Assembly (NCBI GenBank): GCA_964636085.1
Contig: CAZWPQ010000025.1
Location: 9,936 to 33,767 of the forward strand
Source: an uncultured Nitrososphaerota archaeon
GTDB lineage: Archaea > Asgardarchaeota > Njordarchaeia > Njordarchaeales > Panguiarchaeaceae
Length of the DNA: 23,832 nt
Direction of reading: 5' to 3'
The notes under the pieces: model-generated
What the model saw: only the letters and a program-made list of their open reading frames with translations
Told to the model about the DNA's origin: nothing
The model's database searches: none
In this document: positions 16,241-23,510 of the stretch, in pieces
Position numbering within the stretch: position 1 is the stretch's first letter
Layout: every line of letters starts with the position of its first letter
Program-made: the position numbers and the translations under genes

Positions 16241-17550
16241 CTACGCCCACCCCTCAGATTCATAACATATCTTGCAGCAGACATAGCTGCTGAATTAGCA
16301 TCAACAATAGAGTCAGGAATATCCTTGGGTCCAGAGGCCGTACCCGCTACAAAGACCCCGGGTATGCTTGTCTGATTTGGAGCAGAATTTGGATCAATGA
16401 CCTTGATCCATCCATATTCATCAAGATCCAAGTTAGCATTTTTGAATACCTTAGCAATTTCATTTTCTGGTCGAAAACCAACCGCCAATACGACTAAGTC
16501 AAATTTCTCATTCTTCATTTTTCCTTCTGAATAGTCGAAATATTTTATATTTATACTGCCATCAGAGTTTTCTTCAAGCAAGTCCACCTGCCCCTTAACA
16601 AATTCTATACCCATTAGTCTTGATTGATTGTAGAATTCTTCAAATCCTTTCCCAAATGCCCTTATATCGATATAGAATATGGTCGCCTCAGCCAATGGTA
16701 GGGCCCCGAGCACTAGTTGAGCTTGTTTGATAGAGTACATACAGCAGACTTGAGAACATATGGGATAATTCAGCTTCAAATCTCTCGATCCAGCACATAA
16801 AACAAATGCTATTCTTTCTGGCTCCTTAAAATCGAGAGGCCTAGCAACACCCCCAAGAGGGCTCGTGGGGGAAAGCAACCTATCCATTTGGATTGATGTT
16901 ATTACATTCTTGAATTTACCATATCTAAACTCTGGTTTTTCTTTCGGGTCAAATAGTCTATATCCAGTAGCTATGATTACCGCTTTTACTCTTATATTGA
17001 ATTTCATTTGCTGGTCTAGAAAATTAATAGCATCAGCGGGACATACATTCTCACACAAGCCACACATAAGGCAATTATCAATATCTATGACCGCTTTCTT
17101 CGGGATCGCCACGTCAAAGGCTATGTATACGGCCTTTCTTCCGCGCAAGTCAAAATTAAATTCATCTGGAATAACAATTGGACAGATTTTTTCACACCAT
17201 GTACATGCAGTACACTTACTAAAATCAACATATGTTGGTCTTCTGAGTATTATAGCATTGAAGTCTCCCTTTACTCGTCTGACTACCTCCAATACATCAG
17301 CATATACTAGGAGGTCTATATTTGGGTGATGTTGGACAGCGGCCATTTTTGGGGTCACTATACATGATGCACAGTCTAGGGTTGGAAATACCTTACTGAG
17401 CAAAGCCATTTTGCCGCCGATACTTGGAGATTTCTCCACCAAAAGAACCTTGAATCCCATATCTCCTAAGGTAAGAGAAGCCTCCATTCCTGCTATTCCA
17501 CCACCTATAACAAGGACATCATACTCTGATTTTGGTTCATTTATCAACAT
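16237..17550 (-). CDS. hdrA: HdrA-family flavoprotein, short partner (no N-terminal domain, no C-terminal ferredoxin)
   Basis: GGGIAG, FPTLDCASC, intact inserted 2x[4Fe-4S] domain and CAGSRD...CSQVCCMYSIK; ends after GPKDIPDS. Confidence 0.88.
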   Translation of the reverse strand: MLINEPKSEYDVLVIGGGIAGMEASLTLGDMGFKVLLVEKSPSIGGKMALLSKVFPTLDCASCIVTPKMAAVQHHPNIDLLVYADVLEVVRRVKGDFNAIILRRPTYVDFSKCTACTWCEKICPIVIPDEFNFDLRGRKAVYIAFDVAIPKKAVIDIDNCLMCGLCENVCPADAINFLDQQMKFNIRVKAVIIATGYRLFDPKEKPEFRYGKFKNVITSIQMDRLLSPTSPLGGVARPLDFKEPERIAFVLCAGSRDLKLNYPICSQVCCMYSIKQAQLVLGALPLAEATIFYIDIRAFGKGFEEFYNQSRLMGIEFVKGQVDLLEENSDGSINIKYFDYSEGKMKNEKFDLVVLAVGFRPENEIAKVFKNANLDLDEYGWIKVIDPNSAPNQTSIPGVFVAGTASGPKDIPDSIVDANSAAMSAARYVMNLRGGRR

Positions 17551-17552
17551 AT

Positions 17553-17969
17553 CTATCCCCTCTTCTTAACTGGGCCTAGCTTTTCAAGCTTCTCATAGAA
17601 CTCATTTATTAATCTTATGAACGGTTTTACACATACGGAACATATAGCAGCCATTTTTACCCTTTCTGGTTCATATCCATGCTCCTTTATAAGTCTCACC
17701 GCCTCCTCTACACGTTTCGCTGTGATGGCTGTACAGTCTGTCCTAAAGGGGCAGTCAGTACCATCCGCGGCTATAAAAACTCCGTCAAAACCACTTTCAA
17801 GCGCCAGGAGGATATACTCTGGCCTTATCATGGAAGAGCACGGAATTCTAATAATAGTAGTCGTTGGCGGGTAGTCCTTATGTTGCAATCCGGCAAGATC
17901 TATAGCAGAGTCAGAAATATATATAGTCGAAAACACAAGGATTCGCGGTCTAAAATTGTTGTCCGTCAC
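17553..17969 (-). CDS. MvhD/FlpD-like Fe-S subunit with atypical cysteine pattern
   Basis: IDLAG...YP...IRIPCSS..RPEYIL.AL.SGFDGVFI...PERVKM is the MvhD signature. The N-terminal CxxC is absent and there is a new C-terminal CSVC. Confidence 0.8.
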   Translation of the reverse strand: MTDNNFRPRILVFSTIYISDSAIDLAGLQHKDYPPTTTIIRIPCSSMIRPEYILLALESGFDGVFIAADGTDCPFRTDCTAITAKRVEEAVRLIKEHGYEPERVKMAAICSVCVKPFIRLINEFYEKLEKLGPVKKRG

Positions 17970-18044
17970 TTATATCGCCTTGCACTTGGGGTTGCATATA
18001 TTACGATAACCCACCAAGAGATATGAAATAATCAATATGTTGTT

Positions 18045-18056
18045 TTGTATATACAA
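18045..18056. promoter_or_regulatory. Palindrome TTGTATATACAA in the divergent intergenic region upstream of the second Hdr cluster
   Basis: Perfect 12-bp palindrome read directly; shares the TGTATATA half-site with 11396-11413. Confidence 0.35.
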
Positions 18057-18184
18057 CAATATAGACATATGTTATTACATACACAAACTATAGTATAATG
18101 TCTTAGGAGAACCTGTTTTAGTATTTAGGTATTAGAGGATTTTCTTATATGTGCACAAAATTATTATAATATTGATTACTTTGA

Positions 18185-18652
18185 ATGTTATGGGTGCGTT
18201 TTATGGGTTTGCTTGATATCGTTGACATACATCCAGACAGGCTTCCCTACTTTCCAACTATAAGCGGAACAAGAATTCCATTAAAGTTTATACTTGATCT
18301 ATTTGGCGCTGGGCTTCAACCAAACGATGTAGTAGAGGTTTTTCCAGATGTTGATATCAATGTTGTATTGTTGATATATAATAATAGAACATTTTTTAAG
18401 AAATGCTTAAAGGCACTCAAACTTGTTTCGGTTAGACGAGATATTCTATGCGGAATACCGACTATTCGAGGAACCAGAATCCCAGTACATATTGTGTATG
18501 ATATGTTGGACTCAGGATATACTCCCCATGAGATCTTGGAAGAATATCCTGAACTTTCTCTGAGTACAATACGTGGGTTGATAAGATATAGGAGCATACT
18601 AGAGCCTATTGTTAGCCGTATAAGGGAAAGAGTTCTGGCTGAGGAAGAATGA
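18185..18652 (+). CDS. DUF433-family antitoxin-like protein with two tandem DUF433 repeats
   Basis: PTISGTRIPLKFILDLF..G....VVEVFPDV and PTIRGTRIPVHIVYDML.SG....ILEEYPEL. ATGA overlap with the downstream PIN-like gene. Confidence 0.8.
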   Translation: MLWVRFMGLLDIVDIHPDRLPYFPTISGTRIPLKFILDLFGAGLQPNDVVEVFPDVDINVVLLIYNNRTFFKKCLKALKLVSVRRDILCGIPTIRGTRIPVHIVYDMLDSGYTPHEILEEYPELSLSTIRGLIRYRSILEPIVSRIRERVLAEEE

Positions 18653-19020
18653 GGTTTCTTGTAGACAGACATATACCAAAAAGGATAATCATTTTTCTAA
18701 AGGACAAGGGATATACTGCGAAAAGAATTAAACCAACTGCACGAAATTCTGAAATTGCCGTGGAGGCTCTTAAAGGAGACTATATAATTTTAACGGGAGA
18801 CATAGACTTCATTTCAGGATTATCCAAAAAATATGCAAAATCAGTAAAAAGAATCGTGATAAGGTTCAAAAAATACATCTGAGATCAAATCCTTCAATGC
18901 TTCGGCAAAATATTCGATGAGGTGATGGATTCCCTAAAAAGTACACCATTAGTGATAATAAAAGAGAAAAACCTAAAGATAAGGGTTAATATAAACGCCA
19001 AAATAATAGAATGTCCTTAG
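18649..19020 (+). pseudogene. DUF5615/Mut7-C-like PIN toxin interrupted by an in-frame TGA at 18880-18882
   Basis: MRFLVDRHIP...ILTGDIDF...IVIRF, then TGA. The same frame continues DQILQCFGKIFDEVMDSLKSTPLVIIKEKNLKIRV... to TAG at 19018-19020, matching the family's usual C-terminus. Confidence 0.7.
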
Positions 19021-19129
19021 TGAAAGCTATTTCTTAGAAACCCCCCACCCCCTGGCCATTATCATAGATATAATTTCTAATACTACCTAGCTATGCAGAC
19101 TCCTAGCCGTCCAGATCGATAAAAATTTC

Positions 19130-19234
19130 CTAGTATATGGCTATATATCCAGCATCTAAGAGCCTACTTTTTTCTGGCAGCCATTTCCATACATAATATG
19201 CACAGTTGGTAATGAAAATTAAAGGAAATTCCAT
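19130..19234 (-). pseudogene. Possible remnant of a class I SAM-dependent methyltransferase
   Basis: 34-codon ORF MEFPLIFITNCAYYVWKWLPEKSRLLDAGYIAIY*. It resembles the start of motif I (LP.....LDAG) but lacks the glycine loop. Confidence 0.25.
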
Positions 19235-19239
19235 TATTA

Positions 19240-19261
19240 GTAATACTTAAACAGGTATTAC
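19240..19261. promoter_or_regulatory. Inverted repeat GTAATAC-N8-GTATTAC, candidate autoregulatory operator of the antitoxin
   Basis: Perfect 7-bp arms flank TTAAACAG (TATA-like), 30 nt upstream of the antitoxin ATG. A further TAATAC lies at 19271-19276. Confidence 0.45.
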
Positions 19262-19290
19262 CAAATATGATAATACTTTAGTGAATCTAC

Positions 19291-19521
19291 ATGAGTAATC
19301 TTGTTGTCGTAACTGGTAAAGTGCCTAGAGAGCTAAAGAGGAAAGCGAAAAAGCTTGGAATAAATATCAATAGAGTCATAAGAGAAGCCCTAGAAAATGC
19401 TGTTAGGAAACGGGAAGAGGAACTATTCATAGAAAGTCTTAACAGGTGTGCGGGTATTCTAAATAAAATAGATATTAACCGTGTTGCCAAAAGTATGAGA
19501 GAGGATAGGGGGATCCGATGA
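19291..19521 (+). CDS. CcdA-family/ribbon-helix-helix type II antitoxin (archaeal VapB-like)
   Basis: VVTGKVPRELKRKAKKLGININRVIREALENAVR...IDINRVAKSMREDR, a typical archaeal antitoxin pattern ending in (I/M)REDR. Confidence 0.8.
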   Translation: MSNLVVVTGKVPRELKRKAKKLGININRVIREALENAVRKREEELFIESLNRCAGILNKIDINRVAKSMREDRGIR

Positions 19522-19589
19522 GTTATCTCATGGATGCTAATGCTTTCATTGTTGTTAGAAGAAAGAAACCATTGATTCTATTTCGATAA
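19518..19589 (+). pseudogene. Truncated VapC/PIN toxin remnant
   Basis: ATGA overlap with the antitoxin stop. MSYLMDANAFI matches the PIN beta1-Asp motif; stop after 23 codons. Confidence 0.6.
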
Positions 19590-19709
19590 AGCATACTCAT
19601 ACATGGCGCAAATTCGTTCGTCCCAGTTCTACAACTAATCCATTTATTAGTTAGCTTTAAATAGTTTTCTTCTCTATATATAAGTAGTGGGTAGTACGGC
19701 GTACAAAAT

Positions 19710-19946
19710 ATGTATATAGTAAAAGTCACAAGGAAATACCAAATCACCATTCCGAAAGATATTAGGGAAGCCTTCAACATTAGTATTGGAGATATGCTAC
19801 TCATAAGGAGTGAAGGCGATAGAATAGTTATAGAGCCCATAATTAGGAAGAATAAGGACGCCATAGAAAAAATTCTTAATATCTTTAGGGGATCCATGCC
19901 CGTTGACGCTGTTAAACTTGTTGAGGAGTCTTGGGATGAAGACTAG
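19710..19946 (+). CDS. vapB: AbrB/MazE/SpoVT-family antitoxin
   Basis: VKVTRKYQITIPKDIREAFNISIGD.L......DRIVIEP AbrB signature; overlaps the PIN gene. Confidence 0.88.
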   Translation: MYIVKVTRKYQITIPKDIREAFNISIGDMLLIRSEGDRIVIEPIIRKNKDAIEKILNIFRGSMPVDAVKLVEESWDED

Positions 19947-20439
19947 AGTGTATATAGATACAAATATTTTTGTCTATGCAATATTTCATGACCCAAAATT
20001 TGGCGACATATGTAGCAGAATTTTGCGCGATATGGGTTCGAGGCTATTTGATGCTTATGGCTCTATTCTGGTGGCTATAGAGCTACTAGGGAGCATATCA
20101 AAGATAGATCCCACTATAGCGTCGAATGCAACAAACCTCTATTTTCAACTTCCACATAAAATCCTGAATGTTAATCTAAAAACTCTGCGAATAGCTAGCC
20201 ACATAACTGATATTGTGAATCTAAGATACGATTCCATACACCTAGCCCTAATGATCGAGAACTCGGTAGACAGAATAATAACCAATGACAAGGACGATTG
20301 GTACAGAGCAAAAAACAACTTTAAGAAAATAAAAGAAAAATTAGAAAAGGAGGGATTCAAAATCGAAATAAACAACATCAACATCATTACTCCAGAAGAA
20401 TATAGGCTATTCGAAGAAACACTACATAAACGAGCCTAA
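19936..20439 (+). CDS. vapC: PIN-domain toxin (intact)
   Basis: VYIDTNIF, VAIEL, YDSIH and ITNDKD supply four acidic active-site positions. Start set at ATG 19936 behind a GAGGAG RBS. Confidence 0.85.
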   Translation: MKTRVYIDTNIFVYAIFHDPKFGDICSRILRDMGSRLFDAYGSILVAIELLGSISKIDPTIASNATNLYFQLPHKILNVNLKTLRIASHITDIVNLRYDSIHLALMIENSVDRIITNDKDDWYRAKNNFKKIKEKLEKEGFKIEINNINIITPEEYRLFEETLHKRA

Positions 20440-20491
20440 TCCAGCCTGTTATTCTTCTCGTAACCAACCGATTGGCTTCACGAAAAATGAT

Positions 20492-21328
20492 TTATGTTGT
20501 TTTTCTTATTATTCTTAGGAGTTTATCCACGATTTCTCCGAATTTCGCGCTTATCTCGCTTTCCCCCGATGCTATGAATGGTGTCCCATCGTCAGTCATT
20601 GTTACCACCCTTGGATCTATTGGTAGGTATCCTAGGAAGGGGACACCAAGCGTGTCTGCTGTCTCTTCTCCTCCTCCTTTACCAAATATGTATATTATCT
20701 CCCCACACTTTGGACATTTCAAGCCACGCATGTTCTCTATTATCCCTAGCACTGGAACACCAGTCAGTTTTGCCATTCCTAGGGCCTTTTTAGCATCATG
20801 AAGTGCTATTTTTTGTGGGGTAACCACAATTATTAGGCCAGTTAATTTTGGTATGTTCTTCATGACCGACAGTGCCTCGTCTCCTGTGCCCGGTGGCAGA
20901 TCTATTATTAGAAAATCTAATTCTCCCCAGTTTACTTGTGCTATAAATTGGAGTATAGCCTTAGCCACGAGAGGCCCCATCCAAACGACTGGTGAATCTT
21001 CCTCTGGAAGTAAATACTGTATGGACATTACCTTAATGCCTAGTGGGCCCTCTAGTGGCACTATACCATTCTCATCTAATGTAGGTCTATTATCCCCCGT
21101 TTTCAACGCAATAGGTATATCTGGGCCATATATGTCCGCATCTAGTATGCCTACTTTATAGCCACGCATGGCGAGAGCATAAGCCAAATTTACTGCTACA
21201 GTAGTTTTACCGACGCCACCTTTACCAGACATTATAGCTATCTTATATCTGATCTTCGACATTCTTTCCTCTGCTTGCTGTTTCAATTGCATAAAGGCCA
21301 ATTGAGCCTCATTTTTATTTTGCGACAA
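20492..21328 (-). CDS. mrp: Mrp/ApbC/NBP35 family Fe-S cluster carrier ATPase
   Basis: [26 protein letters not shown] and ENM...CPKC motifs. Confidence 0.92.
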   Translation of the reverse strand: MSQNKNEAQLAFMQLKQQAEERMSKIRYKIAIMSGKGGVGKTTVAVNLAYALAMRGYKVGILDADIYGPDIPIALKTGDNRPTLDENGIVPLEGPLGIKVMSIQYLLPEEDSPVVWMGPLVAKAILQFIAQVNWGELDFLIIDLPPGTGDEALSVMKNIPKLTGLIIVVTPQKIALHDAKKALGMAKLTGVPVLGIIENMRGLKCPKCGEIIYIFGKGGGEETADTLGVPFLGYLPIDPRVVTMTDDGTPFIASGESEISAKFGEIVDKLLRIIRKTT

Positions 21329-21388
21329 TACATACTCACCCTATTAAACTTGTATTTATGCAGATATTAACATATGCATATAGAAATA

Positions 21389-22270
21389 TTAATATAAAAG
21401 TTTTCTCAATATGTGTTCTCCCAACCGTATTATGCATCTCGAAGGCTCAGAATCTGGGGCAACATCAATTATCTGTTTTCCACCGATATATGCCTCAACT
21501 ATAGCCCTATCATAAACTATCTCCACTACTTCCACATCATATTCCTCCGCGATATTATATATCAAGTCTCTGGATCCACCCGGGATATCCGCTTTGTTTA
21601 GTGCTATTATTAGTGGCTTATTATACTTCACTACGAGTCCTATATATTTTTTAAGATCGCTCGCCCCTAGGGGCGTGGGTTCTGTTACAGCAACCACTAA
21701 ATCTGATTTGTTTATAGTTAACCATATGTTGGCTCCAGTTCCAGGAGCCGAATCTATGACAACAAAATCATATAGACACATCTTATTCTCTGCATATTTT
21801 AACGTTTTTAGTGTCACATTTACATGCTGTCTTACCCCCGGAAATACCTCTCCCTGGACTAGATGAATATTATCTCTTCTCCCCTCATATATTTCACCAA
21901 GTTTCCTATCTCTCGAGCTTATTGCATCCATTGGACACACAAGCCTACATAACCCACAGCCCTCACAAAGGTTTACTAGTAAATTTGGTTTCTCTCCTTT
22001 CCTGCCAATTAGTGCATTCTCTGGGCATTTATCTATACACATTCCACATCCGATGCATTTTTCCTCATCTATCAGGGGAGCAAAACCAGTTACATCTTCA
22101 GCTTTTGATCTAGGTATGCCAAGAAGAATATGTGTTACAGGAGATTCTACGTCAGCATCGATGACAAGTATCTTATAGCCTTTTTTCGATAAAAATGTCG
22201 CAATGCTAGTCGCTAATAACGACTTTCCAGTACCTCCCTTCCCACCACCAAATGTAATTATTTTCGTCAT
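21389..22270 (-). CDS. MinD-superfamily P-loop ATPase with inserted 2x[4Fe-4S] ferredoxin domain (COG1149-like), copy 2
   Basis: GGKGGTGKS, DADVESP, CIGCGMCIDKCP, CEGCGLCRLVCP, DSAPGTG and VTEPTPLG. Confidence 0.88.
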   Translation of the reverse strand: MTKIITFGGGKGGTGKSLLATSIATFLSKKGYKILVIDADVESPVTHILLGIPRSKAEDVTGFAPLIDEEKCIGCGMCIDKCPENALIGRKGEKPNLLVNLCEGCGLCRLVCPMDAISSRDRKLGEIYEGRRDNIHLVQGEVFPGVRQHVNVTLKTLKYAENKMCLYDFVVIDSAPGTGANIWLTINKSDLVVAVTEPTPLGASDLKKYIGLVVKYNKPLIIALNKADIPGGSRDLIYNIAEEYDVEVVEIVYDRAIVEAYIGGKQIIDVAPDSEPSRCIIRLGEHILRKLLY

Positions 22271-23163
22271 GTCCTCACACCCAAAACCTCTAGTAGTTTC
22301 TCCGTGATTTCTTTCATGTGTTTGGTTGCCACCGAATTGGGGGCAAAGCTAAGTATATTCTGCATGCTTACATACGCTCTAACAACATTTTCGTCATATG
22401 GAACCACGCCAAGTAAAAATATGTTGTTTTTCTTGGCCCATTCCTCTATATCCCTTATAAAAGGCTTGTTCATGTCGAATTTATTTATTACACATGCCCT
22501 ATCAACACCAAAACTCTCAGCTATCCTAACTATTTTTGTCGCAGTTCTAATAGAGTAGATAGTAGGCTCCACAACAATGATGAGATAATCCGAACCCGCT
22601 ATTGACGATATAACTGGGCAACCCGTACCAGCGGCTGCATCAACAATTATAATACCATCTCCGATTTTATCTCTAGCCCTATTCTTTAATATATCTACTA
22701 ACTTGCCAGAATGCTTTCTGCCTATCTCAAGCTCCCCAGTTACTACCTCACAGTACTCAGTACCATAGACCTTTATTTCTCCGGTTTTTATTTTGGCCAT
22801 CTCTATCGCTTTCGAAGGACATACATATTTACACGAGCCGCATCCTTCACATAGCTCTCTAATAATCCTAGGTTTCCCATTCCACTCCACAGCACCAAAT
22901 TGGCATACATCATAACATTTTTTACATAATGTACATGCATCTTCACGTATAACAGCAATCATGCTATCATATATCTCCTCGCTCTGCTTTAGCTTAGCTC
23001 CCCCCAGCGCTATAACTAGATCTGGAGCCTCCACATCAGCGTCTACACCAATTACATTTATACCTTTGACGGGCAAGAAACTTAACAAAAAAGAGGAAAA
23101 TGTTGTTTTTCCAGTCCCTCCCTTCCCACTGGCTACTACGATTTCAAGTTTTTTGGACATCAT
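22267..23163 (-). CDS. MinD-superfamily P-loop ATPase with inserted 2x[4Fe-4S] ferredoxin domain (COG1149-like), copy 1
   Basis: SGKGGTGKTT, DADVEAPDL, CTLCKKCYDVC, CEGCGSCKYVCP, SGKLV, DAAAGTGCPV and VEPT. Confidence 0.88.
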   Translation of the reverse strand: MMSKKLEIVVASGKGGTGKTTFSSFLLSFLPVKGINVIGVDADVEAPDLVIALGGAKLKQSEEIYDSMIAVIREDACTLCKKCYDVCQFGAVEWNGKPRIIRELCEGCGSCKYVCPSKAIEMAKIKTGEIKVYGTEYCEVVTGELEIGRKHSGKLVDILKNRARDKIGDGIIIVDAAAGTGCPVISSIAGSDYLIIVVEPTIYSIRTATKIVRIAESFGVDRACVINKFDMNKPFIRDIEEWAKKNNIFLLGVVPYDENVVRAYVSMQNILSFAPNSVATKHMKEITEKLLEVLGVRT

Positions 23164-23498
23164 CAAACACAGGTAAACCCAACAGACTCTAGTGCCTGCC
23201 GCAGTGGTATTCCTGGAGATACACTCCTAAATTGTATGCCTAGGGCATTCATCGCCATCATCGCATTGGGGCCCGCTCTAGGGCCTAGAACAATGGACAC
23301 ACCCATACTGGCTAACCAATTAGCAACCGCTGGCCCAACCCCCCCTCTACCCATAGCATGGGGATTAGGGATTATTTGTAGGCTCTTAACTTTGTTATTT
23401 TCTATCTCTACTATTGCGAAAAAGGGTGCTCTAGCGAACCTATAGGATATGGGGGATTCCCAACCCATGTTAGCGTCAAGTGATACTGCCACCTTCAT
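23163..23498 (-). CDS. NifB/NifX family (dinitrogenase FeMo-cofactor biosynthesis domain, MTH1175-like) protein
   Basis: MKVAVS...SYRFARAPFFAIVE...NP...GGVG.......GV..V....GPNA...L...GI. Start set at ATG 23498. Confidence 0.85.
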   Translation of the reverse strand: MKVAVSLDANMGWESPISYRFARAPFFAIVEIENNKVKSLQIIPNPHAMGRGGVGPAVANWLASMGVSIVLGPRAGPNAMMAMNALGIQFRSVSPGIPLRQALESVGFTCV

Positions 23499-23510
23499 AA
23501 CACACACCCT

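Noticed and set aside
14267-17550. Calling the tandem HdrA pair QmoAB
   Set aside because: The short subunit has an intact inserted ferredoxin domain, the long one has no fused C-terminal MvhD domain, and there is no aprAB, sat or qmoC in the window. A distant relationship remains possible.
2297-17550. Inferring methanogenesis from mvh/hdr genes
   Set aside because: Mvh-Hdr occurs widely in non-methanogens, and no mcr, mtr or cofactor genes are in the window.
37-17874. Many plus-strand ORFs of 60-184 aa (e.g. 592-1146, 1319-1804, 11753-12259, 14316-14810, 16865-17329)
   Set aside because: They lie antisense to well-supported genes, are Ser/Ile/Pro-rich shadow translations and have no recognisable motifs.
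2297-17969. Selenocysteine recoding in HdrA, MvhD or MvhA
   Set aside because: All these ORFs are full length with Cys codons at the relevant motifs and no in-frame TGA. The only in-frame TGA found is in a PIN-like toxin at a non-Cys position.
11505-17969. Calling cluster B the sulfur-oxidising sHdr system
   Set aside because: The gene order and content differ (one hdrCB with canonical CCG motifs, two HdrA, an MvhD-like gene), and no lipoate-binding protein or lipoylation genes are present.
17985-18018. Imperfect hairpin CTTGG-GGTT...AACC-CA-CCAAG upstream of the atypical mvhD
   Set aside because: The stem is short and bulged with a long loop, and resembles no riboswitch or SECIS that I can support.
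19039-19056. C-rich tract CCCCCCACCCCC as a G-quadruplex or repeat element
   Set aside because: Only two long G-runs on the minus strand and a single occurrence.
23163-23498. Nitrogen fixation inferred from the NifB/NifX domain
   Set aside because: Stand-alone MTH1175-like proteins are common in non-diazotrophs, and no nifHDK is present.
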